Shown: positions 1 to 10,491, numbered from the stretch's first letter. The stretch: 64,000 bases of DNA from Poseidonia sp. (GCA_965661285.1 CBFIDD010000002.1:288001-352000), one strand, 5' to 3'. The notes: a model not told the origin generated them from the sequence alone. Made by a program: numbers and translations.

Positions 1-274
1 ACTTGACTTGTTCAACCACCATGGAGTGCCCCAAGTGCATCTGACCGCTTGGCATCAAACCGGTCAGCACGCCGAAGGCATCACCGGTGCGTTGAGCTTC
101 GAGGATTTGGTCGACATCCCGATGGGCAAAAACAATGCCACGGCGATGAAGTTTGGATGGAGAAGGAATGGAGACGCCCTCCATTGAGGTCAACCCAAAC
201 TGATCGATGATTCGGTCATAATCGGTGGATTGAGCACTGCCCCAAGGGTCGATGATAAGGTCGTCCTTGGCCAT
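1..274 (-). CDS. trpS: Tryptophanyl-tRNA synthetase, archaeal type (5' part; runs off the window start)
   Basis: Manual translation of the minus strand from ATG at 274: MAKDDLIIDPWGSAQSTDYDRIIDQFG...HRRGIVFAHRD...VLTGLMPSGQMHLGH, which has the class I HIGH-like motif and the archaeal TrpRS N-terminus. Not in the ORF track because it is truncated. Confidence 0.93.
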   Translation of the reverse strand, partial: MAKDDLIIDPWGSAQSTDYDRIIDQFGLTSMEGVSIPSPSKLHRRGIVFAHRDVDQILEAQRTGDAFGVLTGLMPSGQMHLGHSMVVEQVK

Positions 275-295
275 GTCATGTCCCCTTGGTGGTTG

Positions 296-1594
296 TCACG
301 CTTCCTCGTCGGCATCAAGGCTTCGCCTGTTCATTACCGGATGCTGCTGGTTGTGAAGGGGTCCCTCGCCAGCCAAGCGGGACAGCGGACCCAATCCTTC
401 ACGACCGAGGACAGCCAACATCAGAAACGTCGTGAGAACACCCACGCCTACGATGGCATACGGGATCCAAGCATCCTGACCTTCTGCAGGCCGGGGTTGA
501 ACCAGCCATGTGAAGCGAACATCGGACTCTTCAACAAATCGCTTTGACCATTTGAACAAATCTGTCGTTTCATGGGCGGCAATCGTGACTGCAGCAGAAT
601 GATTGTTGAAAAATTCCGCCTGTGAGAGAATGTCGTGCTGGACGTTGGAGGTGTTCAATGCGATTTGCACATGGTGTCCGTTGAGAACCGAGAGCACGAG
701 GGTCCCGTCTTCTTGTTGCCACCAACCTTCTTTGGAGTTTCTCTCGCCCTCTATAGATAAGAGTTCAGAGCCGCTCACCGTCGAAGAAACAGAACGCACA
801 TCTGCTCCGTCAACATCGATAAGCCATGTGAGCGGAACATTCCACGGCAGACCGTCCGACACCGAACGACAGGCTTCCGTTTCCAACGATTCAAAGGACA
901 GAACCGAGCCGTTGGCCGTTTCCTCCATCTGATGGGTGTGCTCGTAGCACCGTTTTCCTGCCCACGATGACCAGGCTTGACCCCATGTCGTCAACCAAAT
1001 GCCAGGCGTCTCATCGAGATAGCTGAACACATCACGGTCGTGACGAACCGTAGCATCGTTCACGCGACCAATCCAATACATGTTCACCAAACCACCTGCC
1101 TCAACTTCGGTTTGCAGTGCTTCGAGAGATGCAATCCCCTTTTCCAAGCTCCCGCCGCGACGGCCGAGGTTGTACCAATCCCACAAGTCAACGGGCGTGT
1201 CTGAAGCGTTGTGCCACGCCGTTGAAGAGAGGGCGGTCATATCGCCGTGGACGGTGAACCCCTGACTGGCGATTTTTCCGTGGTCGGCCATCGTGAGCGT
1301 TGGCGGCGCATAGGTTGAGAGCGGAGAGACGCCCCAGATGCTGGCGTTCAGTCGCTCTTCAATGTAGGATTTGCAGGCTTGAGCAACCGCTCCAGGGTCG
1401 TTTTGCCATGAGAGTCCGGGCATGCCATAGCATCCAAACTCATCACCTGCTTCGAGACGTTCCTGTCCCAAGGATGTTCGAAGCCAGCCGTCCTCCTCCC
1501 AAGCAGACTGTGCCAAGGCAACGGGATGGACCACCACAGCGAGAATGAGGCCGATGAGAAAGCAGGGAAGGACCAGCCTGGTGTCGTTTCCCAT
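296..1594 (-). CDS. Hypothetical secreted protein with C-terminal membrane anchor
   Basis: 432-aa ORF with a signal-peptide-like N-terminus and a C-terminal hydrophobic helix; co-oriented with trpS. Confidence 0.75.
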   Translation of the reverse strand: MGNDTRLVLPCFLIGLILAVVVHPVALAQSAWEEDGWLRTSLGQERLEAGDEFGCYGMPGLSWQNDPGAVAQACKSYIEERLNASIWGVSPLSTYAPPTLTMADHGKIASQGFTVHGDMTALSSTAWHNASDTPVDLWDWYNLGRRGGSLEKGIASLEALQTEVEAGGLVNMYWIGRVNDATVRHDRDVFSYLDETPGIWLTTWGQAWSSWAGKRCYEHTHQMEETANGSVLSFESLETEACRSVSDGLPWNVPLTWLIDVDGADVRSVSSTVSGSELLSIEGERNSKEGWWQQEDGTLVLSVLNGHHVQIALNTSNVQHDILSQAEFFNNHSAAVTIAAHETTDLFKWSKRFVEESDVRFTWLVQPRPAEGQDAWIPYAIVGVGVLTTFLMLAVLGREGLGPLSRLAGEGPLHNQQHPVMNRRSLDADEEA

Positions 1595-1717
1595 GCTGTT
1601 CGGTCAAGTTGATGCTCTTTCACGCTTGTCCTTGGCCCACCTGAGGGCGTTGGGAAAATCCGTATTCTCCAACAAGATGTGAGGAAGCATGAAAACAAAC
1701 GACGGCGAAGGCCATCC

Positions 1718-2503
1718 GTGAGCGACCTTACGGCAATTGAACAGGCGTGGTTGGGACTTGAAGCCCACTGGTCCATCCGACCCAGTCCGAAACCGCTTGC
1801 CAAAACGCCCGTCTATGCAGGATTGCGCATGTTCCTCTCGCCCCTGTTGCGACCGCTGCTGAGGTGGAAAATTCGAGGCGTCGAACACATCCCGAGAACC
1901 GGCGCCACCATCCTGGCTGCCAACCATCTTTCCCACGTCGACCCGATCGCTGTCATCGCCGCTGCTCGCAGAACCACCCACTACCTTGCCAAGGACGGCC
2001 ACTTCAGCAACCACCTGACAAGTTTCGTGATGCGTGCTACCGGTCAAATTGAAACCCATCGGGAGGCAGGTGGAAGTGATGCGCTGGCCAGTGCAGCAAC
2101 CATTCTCAGCCATGACTGCGCCTTGGGAATTTTCCCTGAGGGCACTCGCTCAAAACGTACGGAACCGCCGTTTTTGCTCCCCGGAAAAACGGGCGTTGCC
2201 CGTCTGGCGGCAGCCTACCCCCACGCCGTGGTCGTGCCCTTGGCCTTGGTTGGTACACGTGGCGTCATGCAACCGCAACACCACAAAGTTCCGCGGCTGT
2301 GGCGGCGGTTCGAAGTGAATGCTACAAAAGGCGTGACCTGGCTTGAATGGTTGGCTTCGGAGCGCGGAGGAAATCACTCACCCGCTTCCCTGCTGACGCT
2401 GTCCGAGGCAGAGGACCACGAAATCAGAGCCGAATTGTCTGGCCTGTTCCGTAAATTCACCGACCAGTTAATGGCCACGCTCGCCGCAGCAGGCGCCCCT
2501 TGA
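1718..2503 (+). CDS. plsC: 1-acyl-sn-glycerol-3-phosphate acyltransferase (PlsC/LPLAT family)
   Basis: Motifs NHLSHVD (HxxxxD), YLAK and IFPEGTRS. Start uncertain (GTG at 1718; the ORF opens at 1679). Confidence 0.88.
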   Translation: MSDLTAIEQAWLGLEAHWSIRPSPKPLAKTPVYAGLRMFLSPLLRPLLRWKIRGVEHIPRTGATILAANHLSHVDPIAVIAAARRTTHYLAKDGHFSNHLTSFVMRATGQIETHREAGGSDALASAATILSHDCALGIFPEGTRSKRTEPPFLLPGKTGVARLAAAYPHAVVVPLALVGTRGVMQPQHHKVPRLWRRFEVNATKGVTWLEWLASERGGNHSPASLLTLSEAEDHEIRAELSGLFRKFTDQLMATLAAAGAP

Positions 2504-2548
2504 AGAAGACCTAAGTGCTTCCTTGACCGTCTTCCGACGGGTGAAGAC

Positions 2549-3343
2549 GTGGAGGCTTACTTGGACTTGATGCGGCACATCTTGGAAGAGGGCGCAGACA
2601 AGGGCGATAGAACCGGCACGGGCACCAAATCCGTCTTTGGATACCAAATGCGCTTTGATTTGGCCGAAGGATTTCCGATGGTGACCACCAAAAAATTGCA
2701 CTTGCCGTCCATCGTCCACGAACTGCTCTGGTTCCTCAAAGGCGATACCAATGTCAGCTACCTGCAAGAAAACGGCGTGCGAATTTGGAACGAATGGGCT
2801 GACGAAAATGGCGACCTCGGGCCCGTCTATGGTAAGCAATGGCGAACGTGGGAAGCCAAGGATGGTCGCATCATTGACCAAGTTCAGCAAGCCATTGAGA
2901 CGATCAAGACCAACCCCAACAGTCGACGCATCATCGTCTCTGCATGGAACGTGGGCGAACTTGATGAGATGGCCTTGATGCCCTGCCATGCATTTTTCCA
3001 ATTTCATGTCGCAGAAGGACGCTTGAATTGTCAACTGTACCAACGAAGCGCCGATGTGTTTCTCGGCGTCCCCTTTAACATCGCATCCTATGCATTGCTG
3101 ACCCACATGATGGCTCAAGTCTGTGAATTGGAACCCGGCGTGTTTGTCCACACCCTCGGCGACGCCCACCTCTACAACAACCACCTCGACCAGGCACGGT
3201 TGCAAATCACGCGAGAACCCCTGCCTCTTCCCACTTTGAAACTGAACCCCGCCATCACCTCCATCGACGCCTTCACCTACGAAGACATCGAAGTCATTGG
3301 CTACGAACACCACCCCCATATCAAAGCGCCAATATCCGTCTGA
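2549..3343 (+). CDS. thyA: Thymidylate synthase (bacterial ThyA type)
   Basis: [30 protein letters not shown] and [18 protein letters not shown] motifs. Confidence 0.98.
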   Translation: MEAYLDLMRHILEEGADKGDRTGTGTKSVFGYQMRFDLAEGFPMVTTKKLHLPSIVHELLWFLKGDTNVSYLQENGVRIWNEWADENGDLGPVYGKQWRTWEAKDGRIIDQVQQAIETIKTNPNSRRIIVSAWNVGELDEMALMPCHAFFQFHVAEGRLNCQLYQRSADVFLGVPFNIASYALLTHMMAQVCELEPGVFVHTLGDAHLYNNHLDQARLQITREPLPLPTLKLNPAITSIDAFTYEDIEVIGYEHHPHIKAPISV

Positions 3344-3353
3344 GGCTTCGCTT

Positions 3354-3824
3354 ATGCTTTCCATGATCTTCGCCTGCGATGAAAAAGGAGCCATCGGGAA
3401 AGATGGCGATTTACCGTGGCGCCAGTCATCAGACCTGCAACATTTCAAGCGCATCACCCTGGGAAAAACCGTTGTCATGGGGCGAAAAACATGGGAGAGT
3501 TTGGGCCGCCCACTCCCACAACGACGCAACATCGTGATGACGCGTTCGGGCATCACCGATGACGTTGAAACCATGGACTTTGATGAGGTCATGGCCCTGG
3601 GTGAAACCGAGGAGGTCGTGATTATTGGAGGGGGGGAAATCTACACATTGTTCCTTGAACACGCGAAGGAAGTTCACCGAACCATCATCCACACCGTGGT
3701 TGAAGGTGCCGACACCTTTGCTCCTGAAATTGAATCGGCTGGATTCTATCTGATAGCAGAACGAACGGTGCCCTCCGGTGAGCGGGACGACCATCCCATG
3801 ACGTTCCAGCAATGGATTGTTTGA
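3354..3824 (+). CDS. folA: Dihydrofolate reductase
   Basis: IGKDGDLPW, DLQHFK, VVMGRKTWESL, LPQRRNIV and IIGGGEIY motifs; directly follows thyA. Confidence 0.96.
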   Translation: MLSMIFACDEKGAIGKDGDLPWRQSSDLQHFKRITLGKTVVMGRKTWESLGRPLPQRRNIVMTRSGITDDVETMDFDEVMALGETEEVVIIGGGEIYTLFLEHAKEVHRTIIHTVVEGADTFAPEIESAGFYLIAERTVPSGERDDHPMTFQQWIV

Positions 3825-3826
3825 TG

Positions 3827-4174
3827 TCATTCATGGTCTGGCCTGTATTCCGTAACCCGAACGCCGAGGCGCCCTTGAAGGGCTTCACGCTGCATGATTC
3901 TGTCGTATTTTTTCTCGAAGGCTGCTTTCAAATCAACCTCCATGGCCAAACTGTGGCCCATGAGAAGAATCAACACGTCCGCCATTTCTTCAGCGCATTC
4001 CTCAAGTGGTTTTCCTTTGGTGACCGCAGCGGCGAGTTCTCCCAATTCCTCAATGGTGAGAGCGAGACGGTAGCCCATATCGTGTCCGTTCTGCCCGGCA
4101 AAGTCGTGTTTTGCATGGAAGGCAGCGACTTTTTTCATCATCGCATCCCATTCATTTGAGGGCTCGTAATGCAT
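3827..4174 (-). CDS. MazG-like nucleotide pyrophosphohydrolase
   Basis: EELGELA...AEEMADVL (ExxE...ExxD). Probable start is ATG at 4174. Confidence 0.85.
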   Translation of the reverse strand: MHYEPSNEWDAMMKKVAAFHAKHDFAGQNGHDMGYRLALTIEELGELAAAVTKGKPLEECAEEMADVLILLMGHSLAMEVDLKAAFEKKYDRIMQREALQGRLGVRVTEYRPDHE

Positions 4175-4238
4175 CCACTGCTCAACTGAACGGCCTTTCA
4201 TGAGCGCCATGGGGAACGGCCCGCCCATCATGTTTGTG

Positions 4239-5021
4239 TCATTCAAGCATGCCGAGGATGCAGGCCCACACCGGGTCCAAGCGGTCGTTGGCCTGAGCAG
4301 AGACCTCAACGTGGTCAAGGGCTTTGGCATCATCTGATGGGTCCCGCCCTGCTGCCCAATTTGAAGAAATACAAATGGCAGCATAGGGCATGTCCAACTC
4401 AGCCGCTAATTTTGCTTCACGTGGCATGGTCATACCAACCATGCCTCCACCGAGACGTTCAATGGCATCGACCTCCGCTACGGTTTCGAATTGCGGCCCT
4501 TGTGTGAGCCAGTACGTGTAGCGCATGCGTTCCTCTTCACCAAAGGCCTGCACGTTTCGAAGAATGGCCTCAAGCTTGTCGTTGATGGTTTCGTCAAAGG
4601 GGATCGTGACGGAAGTAAAAACCGCTTCATCATCGTGATAGGTCGTGGCCACGCCCGTGAAATCCACGTATTGGTCCGCCAACGCCACTTTTCCAGGAGG
4701 GAAGGATGGGGCGATGGCCCCGACCGAACAAACGGATACAACAGCGTCAACATTGGCGTCGTGCATCGCCATCATGTTGGCACGATGATTGATGCAATGA
4801 GGTGGACATCCATGACCCGAGGCGTTGTGGTGTCGCTGAAGAAAGACAAGTTCGCGTCGTTGTCCGTGCACTTCGAGGGTTGACGAACGCAATGGGACAC
4901 GACCGAAGGGTGTATCGACACGAACATCATCCTCTCGCAGCATCTTTGCGGACTGGTCAACAAGTCGAGATGAAAGATCCATGTTGACGAGGCCTGTTCC
5001 CCCGATGACCCCCAATCGCAT
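4239..5021 (-). CDS. mtnP: 5'-methylthioadenosine/purine nucleoside phosphorylase (MTAP family)
   Basis: LGVIGGTG, TPFG, RH, GPQFETVAE and VGMTMPREAKLA motifs. Confidence 0.88.
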   Translation of the reverse strand: MRLGVIGGTGLVNMDLSSRLVDQSAKMLREDDVRVDTPFGRVPLRSSTLEVHGQRRELVFLQRHHNASGHGCPPHCINHRANMMAMHDANVDAVVSVCSVGAIAPSFPPGKVALADQYVDFTGVATTYHDDEAVFTSVTIPFDETINDKLEAILRNVQAFGEEERMRYTYWLTQGPQFETVAEVDAIERLGGGMVGMTMPREAKLAAELDMPYAAICISSNWAAGRDPSDDAKALDHVEVSAQANDRLDPVWACILGMLE

Positions 5022-5083
5022 GGTTGCCCCCACGCCGTTTGATTTGTCAAACCTGCGGCTGTTGCCCACAGAAAACGACGGTT

Positions 5084-6028
5084 TCACTCGTTGAGACGAG
5101 CGATGAGGTCAGCCTTCTTTCCTGAGACGGGTTTGCCAACGGCCTTGAGCAATTCCTTGAGTTCGGCCACTGTCATCGATGCGTAGTCGGGCGTTGAGGC
5201 GTTTTCTGCAGGTGCAGGTTCTTCTGCTTCGGCCTCAGCGGCTTCAGGCGCTGCTTCCTCTGCAGGTTCATCCTCTCCGTCATCGGCATCGCCAGCATCT
5301 TCACCGGCTTCTTCAGCCATAGCAGCAGCGAGTGCTGCGGCCTTCTTTGCCTTCATTTCAGCAGCCTGCCGCTCTTCTTGGGCGTGAACCTCGTCGAGGG
5401 TCATGCCATCGGAAGCCTCGACACCCTCTTGGAGCAGTTGGCTCTTGCGAATCGCCAAAGAGCGAACAGGGTAAATCGTCTTCACGGCCTTTTCGATCTC
5501 TTCTTCGAGCTTGCCATCGAGCAAGGCACGCTGCAAATCCGAGTAGGTGTTCTTTGCAGCGAAGGCGATGATGATGTCTCGGGTGCGGGTGCGCATGTCT
5601 TGCTTCACCGAGGTTTGAATGCGCTGTTGTGTGATGATGAGGGGCTTGAGTCGTACGAGGTAGCCATCGGTAGTCACCACATCAACCACGTCGTCAACCT
5701 TTCCGCGATAGCGACGAATCTGCCGGCGGGTGTGGTCTGTTTGGTGGTGGTGTCCGATGAAGGTGGTCAATGCGTCTTGACCCACGCATTCGGTCACGCG
5801 GAATCGCATGACGACGTGCATCTTGGAGAAGTTGCCGTCAAATTCTTGCTGTGTCATCTCGTAGACACGGCCGATGATGTGTTCATCAGACTCACCGATG
5901 GTTTCGCCAATTCGCTTGAAATCCCATGGATGACGAGGTGCACGGATGGTGTACCATCGCTTCGTCTTCCACTTGTCCCGTTGTTTACGCGCTGCTGCGC
6001 GTGCCTTTGCACTGATTTTCTTCGCCAT
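5084..6028 (-). CDS. rps3ae: 30S ribosomal protein S3Ae (eS1) with acidic linker and C-terminal SAP-like domain
   Basis: RDKWKTKRWYTIRAP, GRVYE and KTIYPVRSLAIRKS match eS1. The C-terminus YASMTVAELKELLKAVGKPVSGKKADLIARL matches the SAP consensus. Confidence 0.95.
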   Translation of the reverse strand: MAKKISAKARAAARKQRDKWKTKRWYTIRAPRHPWDFKRIGETIGESDEHIIGRVYEMTQQEFDGNFSKMHVVMRFRVTECVGQDALTTFIGHHHQTDHTRRQIRRYRGKVDDVVDVVTTDGYLVRLKPLIITQQRIQTSVKQDMRTRTRDIIIAFAAKNTYSDLQRALLDGKLEEEIEKAVKTIYPVRSLAIRKSQLLQEGVEASDGMTLDEVHAQEERQAAEMKAKKAAALAAAMAEEAGEDAGDADDGEDEPAEEAAPEAAEAEAEEPAPAENASTPDYASMTVAELKELLKAVGKPVSGKKADLIARLNE

Positions 6029-6068
6029 GTCGATCCACTCGGTGTGCCTTGCGGGGGCTACCCCACTT

Positions 6069-6098
6069 GCAAGTTGCCGACAAACCTCCCCTATTTGA
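6069..6098 (-). promoter_or_regulatory. Putative promoter/leader element of rps3ae
   Basis: Minus-strand TCAAATAGGGGAGGTTTGTCGGCAACTTGC, 25/30 identical to 19652-19681; both end 40 nt before the ATG. Confidence 0.55.
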
Positions 6099-6147
6099 AG
6101 GAGCCTCATGGAGAAATGTGGACGGAACACGGCGATTCGGCAACCTC

Positions 6148-6624
6148 ATGAGCCATGCCCTTCTCGTGAAGACTGTGGGATTTCACCATATTACCTGGAG
6201 GGCCACGGCAAGCGCCGTTTCGAATGTTGATGCAGTCGTTGATGCACTTGCATGGTTGGTCAACGATACCGATGGGGTTGAAACCGATAAGAGCAGTTCC
6301 TACCACGGGCCCGAAATGACGCTGATCACAGCGACAACGTCGAACAAACGGAAAGCCATGCACTCTTTTTCTCGCCTGGGCGAAGCCAACATCCGGACGC
6401 TTTTGGATGCCATGGACGAGCGATTGGACGAGCAGAACATTCTGCATTTCCGCCTCTCCCTTGACGCACTCATCGACGGCCACGTCGTTCTCGCAGGTGA
6501 GGCCGAAGGACCAACTGTGAAAGGCCAGGCTAAACTCGAGGTGTACTCCGGAAAACCTGCAGAAGAACAACGGCTTGCCACCCTCAACGAGGCGCTTGAA
6601 CTGTCCAAAGGGAGCGATGGTTGA
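6148..6624 (+). CDS. Archaeal RNA-binding domain protein (PF01877-like)
   Basis: Pattern SYHGPEMTL...ERLDEQNILHFRLSLDAL...VKGQAKLEVY resembles the conserved archaeal RNA-binding family. Confidence 0.65.
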   Translation: MSHALLVKTVGFHHITWRATASAVSNVDAVVDALAWLVNDTDGVETDKSSSYHGPEMTLITATTSNKRKAMHSFSRLGEANIRTLLDAMDERLDEQNILHFRLSLDALIDGHVVLAGEAEGPTVKGQAKLEVYSGKPAEEQRLATLNEALELSKGSDG

Positions 6625-8792
6625 TGCGAACGCCATGCTGGCTTTTCGCCGTCAGCATCACGAGCGTGCTTTTGCTCACCACCATTCCGATGACGCACGG
6701 GGAAACGACTGAAATCGAACCGATGACAGCGCCCACCTGCGATGCGCAACGGGACAATTGGACCATCGGACTCGTGTATTGCAGCGGTGAGGCATCCGAA
6801 GGTTTCACCCTGTTTTCACCCATACCGTCGAACACCACGTACCTCATCGACCATTTTGGGCGGGAAGTCCATCGATGGAGTTCGCCGGGTGAACACCGCC
6901 CTGCGCTTTCCGCTTACCTTCTTCCCGATGGGGATTTGTTGCGGACGGCCAACATCGCATCGACCGCCGTGGGGAACTTCTCTGGCGGTGGAACGGGTGG
7001 TAAGGTGGAACGCATCGCTTGGGACGGAACGTTGGAATGGTCATGGGAATATTCCTCGACCTTACACATCTCCCATCACGACATCGAACCGATGCCCAAT
7101 GGAAATCTGCTGATGATCGCTTGGGAGGAACGGACGGAAGAAGAAGCGCTCCAAGCCGGACGGAATCCTGCCATTGCAAGCGATTCACCCGGAGGCCAAA
7201 ACAACGTATGGCCCGATCACATCATCGAGGTAAAACCCGTTGGCTCGGACGATGCAGAAATCGTCTGGCGCTGGCATGCATGGGATCATCTGATTCAAGA
7301 TTACGACGAGACCAAGGACAATTTCGGGGTGATCGCTGACCATCCAGAGCGAATCAACATCAACTACGTCGGTGCAACCGGAAACCAAGCCGGGCGGGCC
7401 GATTGGATGCATTGCAACGGTTTGGACTACAACAGCGAGCTGGACCAAATCGCCCTCTCCTGCCGAGGCATGAACGAGGTCTACATCATCGACCACAGCA
7501 CCACCACGGAAGAAGCAGCCGGGTCGACCGGTGGAAACTCGGGGAAGGGCGGCGACCTCCTCTATCGTTGGGGAAACCCGCAGGTCTACCACCAAGGACT
7601 TTCAAGCGACCAACAACTGTTCGCCCAGCACGATGTCCAATGGATTGAGGCAGGACATCCCGACGAAGGCGCACTTATCGTCTTCAACAACGGCAACGGC
7701 CGCTACCCTGCTTATTCGTCTGTTGATATCATTCATCCAGCGATTGAAAACGGCACGTACCGTTTGGAAGCCAACGGTACGTTTGGTCCCAATCAACCCT
7801 CGTGGACGTGGGACCAAGGCGAAGCCATGTACTCCGGCGCCATCTCGGGAGCTCAGGCTCTGCCCAACGGCAACGTCTTGGTGACCCACGGAACCCAAGG
7901 CACGTTGTTCGAAGTCAATCGGCAGGGCGATATTGTTTGGAACTACGTTGGACCGGTGGGCCCCAACGGCCCGCACACACAGGGTGAACCCGTCCCTGAG
8001 GGAAATCGAGCGGGGACCACGGCAAATGCGATTTTCAAAGCCACACACCATCCCGTCGACCATCCTACCTTTGCAGACCGTATCCTGTCACCCACGTCGT
8101 ACATTGAGGAATGGAACGACACCTGCCCTGAACAGGAAGCCTGGGCCTGGGACAGGGACGGTGATGGTTGCATCGATGACGAGGACGGGGATGGTGTGCT
8201 CAACCCCGACGACCAATGTCCCGTGGGCGATGACGGCATCGACGAAGACCAAGACGGCATCATCGATGCCTGCGACCCATTGGTCGACAATGACGGGGAC
8301 GGCATCGTCAACGAGGAGGACAAGTGCGAGGGGCATGATGACGCCATTGATGCTGACCAGGATGGCACCCCTGAGCCATGTGACGGGCTCGTTGACAGTG
8401 ATGGCGATGCTGTTTCAGACGATGAAGATCGATGCGAGGGGCACGATGATTCGGTCGACGATGACGGCGACGGTGTGCCTGACGGCTGCGACCTGCTGCT
8501 TGATTCGGACCACGACGGCGTGGCCGACAGCGAGGACCGATGTCCAGACGGCGACGACAACCTCGAAAGCGACAATGACGGTATCCCCGATGCTTGTGAT
8601 GCATCTCCTCTTCCTGTTCAAAACACCAACGCTACCGCAGACATCGATGATGACGACGACGCCATCATCGAGAGCGACGGGGCCGAAGGGCTCGGCACGC
8701 TGCTCACCAATCACCCCGTTGAGGCCATCGTGTTGTTGGGCATCGTCGTTGTTGGCGTTTTACGACTGAGAAATCGTTCTCAAATCGGTTGA
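6624..8792 (+). CDS. Aryl-sulfate sulfotransferase-family secreted protein with thrombospondin type 3 repeats
   Basis: Signal peptide; HHDIEPMPNGNLL, DWMHCNGLDY, QHDVQW and SGAQALPNGNVLVT motifs; DxDxDG repeats; C-terminal TM helix. Confidence 0.82.
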   Translation: MRTPCWLFAVSITSVLLLTTIPMTHGETTEIEPMTAPTCDAQRDNWTIGLVYCSGEASEGFTLFSPIPSNTTYLIDHFGREVHRWSSPGEHRPALSAYLLPDGDLLRTANIASTAVGNFSGGGTGGKVERIAWDGTLEWSWEYSSTLHISHHDIEPMPNGNLLMIAWEERTEEEALQAGRNPAIASDSPGGQNNVWPDHIIEVKPVGSDDAEIVWRWHAWDHLIQDYDETKDNFGVIADHPERININYVGATGNQAGRADWMHCNGLDYNSELDQIALSCRGMNEVYIIDHSTTTEEAAGSTGGNSGKGGDLLYRWGNPQVYHQGLSSDQQLFAQHDVQWIEAGHPDEGALIVFNNGNGRYPAYSSVDIIHPAIENGTYRLEANGTFGPNQPSWTWDQGEAMYSGAISGAQALPNGNVLVTHGTQGTLFEVNRQGDIVWNYVGPVGPNGPHTQGEPVPEGNRAGTTANAIFKATHHPVDHPTFADRILSPTSYIEEWNDTCPEQEAWAWDRDGDGCIDDEDGDGVLNPDDQCPVGDDGIDEDQDGIIDACDPLVDNDGDGIVNEEDKCEGHDDAIDADQDGTPEPCDGLVDSDGDAVSDDEDRCEGHDDSVDDDGDGVPDGCDLLLDSDHDGVADSEDRCPDGDDNLESDNDGIPDACDASPLPVQNTNATADIDDDDDAIIESDGAEGLGTLLTNHPVEAIVLLGIVVVGVLRLRNRSQIG

Positions 8793-8874
8793 TGTTTCGT
8801 GCCTACGAAACCAAATTCCATACCTAACAAGGAATTAAGTAGAGCATCCGCAGAGCGGTGGTTGAGGAATCAAA

Positions 8875-9150
8875 ATGCCCCACGTCGTAACCTCTGCATG
8901 CGTTGACCACAAGTACCAGGAATGCGTTGCTGTTTGCCCTGTTGAAGCCTTTCGAGAAGCCGAAACCTACCTCGTGATCGACCCTGATGAGTGCATTGAC
9001 TGCGGCGCCTGTATCCCCGAGTGCCCCGTCGACGCCATCTTTGCCGACACGGACGTTCCTGAAGGCGAAGAAGATTGGATTGACCGAAACGCAGATGAAT
9101 CCGTTGACGCCGAAATCGCCGAAGGCGACTCCCCCGTTCTCGCGGACTAA
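8875..9150 (+). CDS. Ferredoxin (7Fe FdxA-like dicluster)
   Basis: C-x7-CVAVCPV and [12 protein letters not shown]. Confidence 0.93.
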   Translation: MPHVVTSACVDHKYQECVAVCPVEAFREAETYLVIDPDECIDCGACIPECPVDAIFADTDVPEGEEDWIDRNADESVDAEIAEGDSPVLAD

Positions 9151-9207
9151 ATTCACCGTTCATACGGGAAAGAACCAACCGTCTTAAGGGAGGGCGGTCA
9201 GGAAGGG

Positions 9208-10206
9208 ATGAATACTATGAAAACAGATTTTTCTCACCTCCGAAAGGGCAGCGACCTCCTGAAGCGTGGATTTGCACGAATGCAGCAAGGCGGCGTCATC
9301 ATGGATGTCGTCAATCCTGAACAAGCAGCCGTTGCAGAAGACGCCGGAGCCGTCGCCGTCATGGCGCTCGAGCGGGTGCCTGCTGATATCAGAAAAGCCG
9401 GCGGCGTCGCTCGAATGAGCCACCCTGACATGATTCAGGGCATCCTCGATTGCACGTCCATTCCCGTCATGGCGAAATCCAGAATCGGCCACGACGGCGA
9501 AGCACGTATCCTTGAAGCCATGGGTGTTGACATGGTGGACGAAAGTGAAGTCCTGACCCCTGCAGACCCCTACTTCCACATCAACAAACACGACTACAGC
9601 ATCCCCTTTGTTTGCGGTGCAACCGGCCTAGGTGAAGCGGCTCGCCGTATTTGGGAAGGATCAGCCATGATTCGCACCAAGGGAGAAGCAGGCACTGGCA
9701 ACGTCGTTGCAGCGGTCACCCACGCACGCCTGATCGACCAAGAAATACACCAGATACAATCCCTTGATGACCACGGTCTGGACCTTGCAACTGAGAAAAT
9801 CATGGAGCGCTACCGTGTGCTTTCCTCGCATTCTGAGTTGCCCGGAAACCATCTCATGACGCCGTTCGGCCCCATCGACGATGATATGCATGCAGGCATC
9901 CGGTCAGTATTGGACGATGTCCACCGCCTCGGCCGACTCCCAGTGGTCACCTTTTCCGCCGGTGGCATCGCTACGCCAGCCGATGCATCATTGATGATGC
10001 AAATGGGCATGGACGGTATTTTCGTTGGCTCTGGGATTTTCAAATCCAGTGACCCTCCGACCATGGCCGACGCCATCGTCATGGCAACAGCTCATTACGA
10101 CGAGCCGAGCAAGGTTGCAGAAGCCATGGCCATGATGGAAGGTATTCCAATGAAAGGCGATGAACTGGAGACGCTCGAAGTCCGACTCGACCAGCGCGGC
10201 TGGTGA
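9208..10206 (+). CDS. pdxS: Pyridoxal 5'-phosphate synthase lyase subunit
   Basis: [33 protein letters not shown] and [14 protein letters not shown] motifs. Confidence 0.97.
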   Translation: MNTMKTDFSHLRKGSDLLKRGFARMQQGGVIMDVVNPEQAAVAEDAGAVAVMALERVPADIRKAGGVARMSHPDMIQGILDCTSIPVMAKSRIGHDGEARILEAMGVDMVDESEVLTPADPYFHINKHDYSIPFVCGATGLGEAARRIWEGSAMIRTKGEAGTGNVVAAVTHARLIDQEIHQIQSLDDHGLDLATEKIMERYRVLSSHSELPGNHLMTPFGPIDDDMHAGIRSVLDDVHRLGRLPVVTFSAGGIATPADASLMMQMGMDGIFVGSGIFKSSDPPTMADAIVMATAHYDEPSKVAEAMAMMEGIPMKGDELETLEVRLDQRGW

Positions 10207-10207
10207 A

Positions 10208-10441
10208 TCAATTCAACGGATCAGGGATCCCTTTCTCGCCCAGCGTCCATTTGAGCGTTTTCACAACGCCCTGCAAGGCTTTGTGGTTTCGAGCAGCCTC
10301 TTTCATACCCGCTTTATCGTCTTCGTCTTTGCACATCTCGTACCAGGCTTTCCACTCGTTCATTTTCGTGGTCGCTTGGTCAAGCATGTCCTCAATTTCG
10401 GCCCAGGTCCGGTCGTAGGTGCGTTCAGGCAATCCACTCAT
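10208..10441 (-). CDS. Small hypothetical helical protein
   Basis: 77-aa ORF filling the intergenic gap, with protein-like composition (ARNHKALQGVVKTLKWTLG). Confidence 0.7.
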   Translation of the reverse strand: MSGLPERTYDRTWAEIEDMLDQATTKMNEWKAWYEMCKDEDDKAGMKEAARNHKALQGVVKTLKWTLGEKGIPDPLN

Positions 10442-10491
10442 GGTATCAATACTCTCCGAGCGTTTACACTACATAGGCTCTTGCACGACGC

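Noticed and set aside
2549-3824. Bacterial-type thyA-folA pair as a recent mobile acquisition
   Set aside because: Base composition and codon style match the flanks and there are no mobility signals; likely an old resident transfer.
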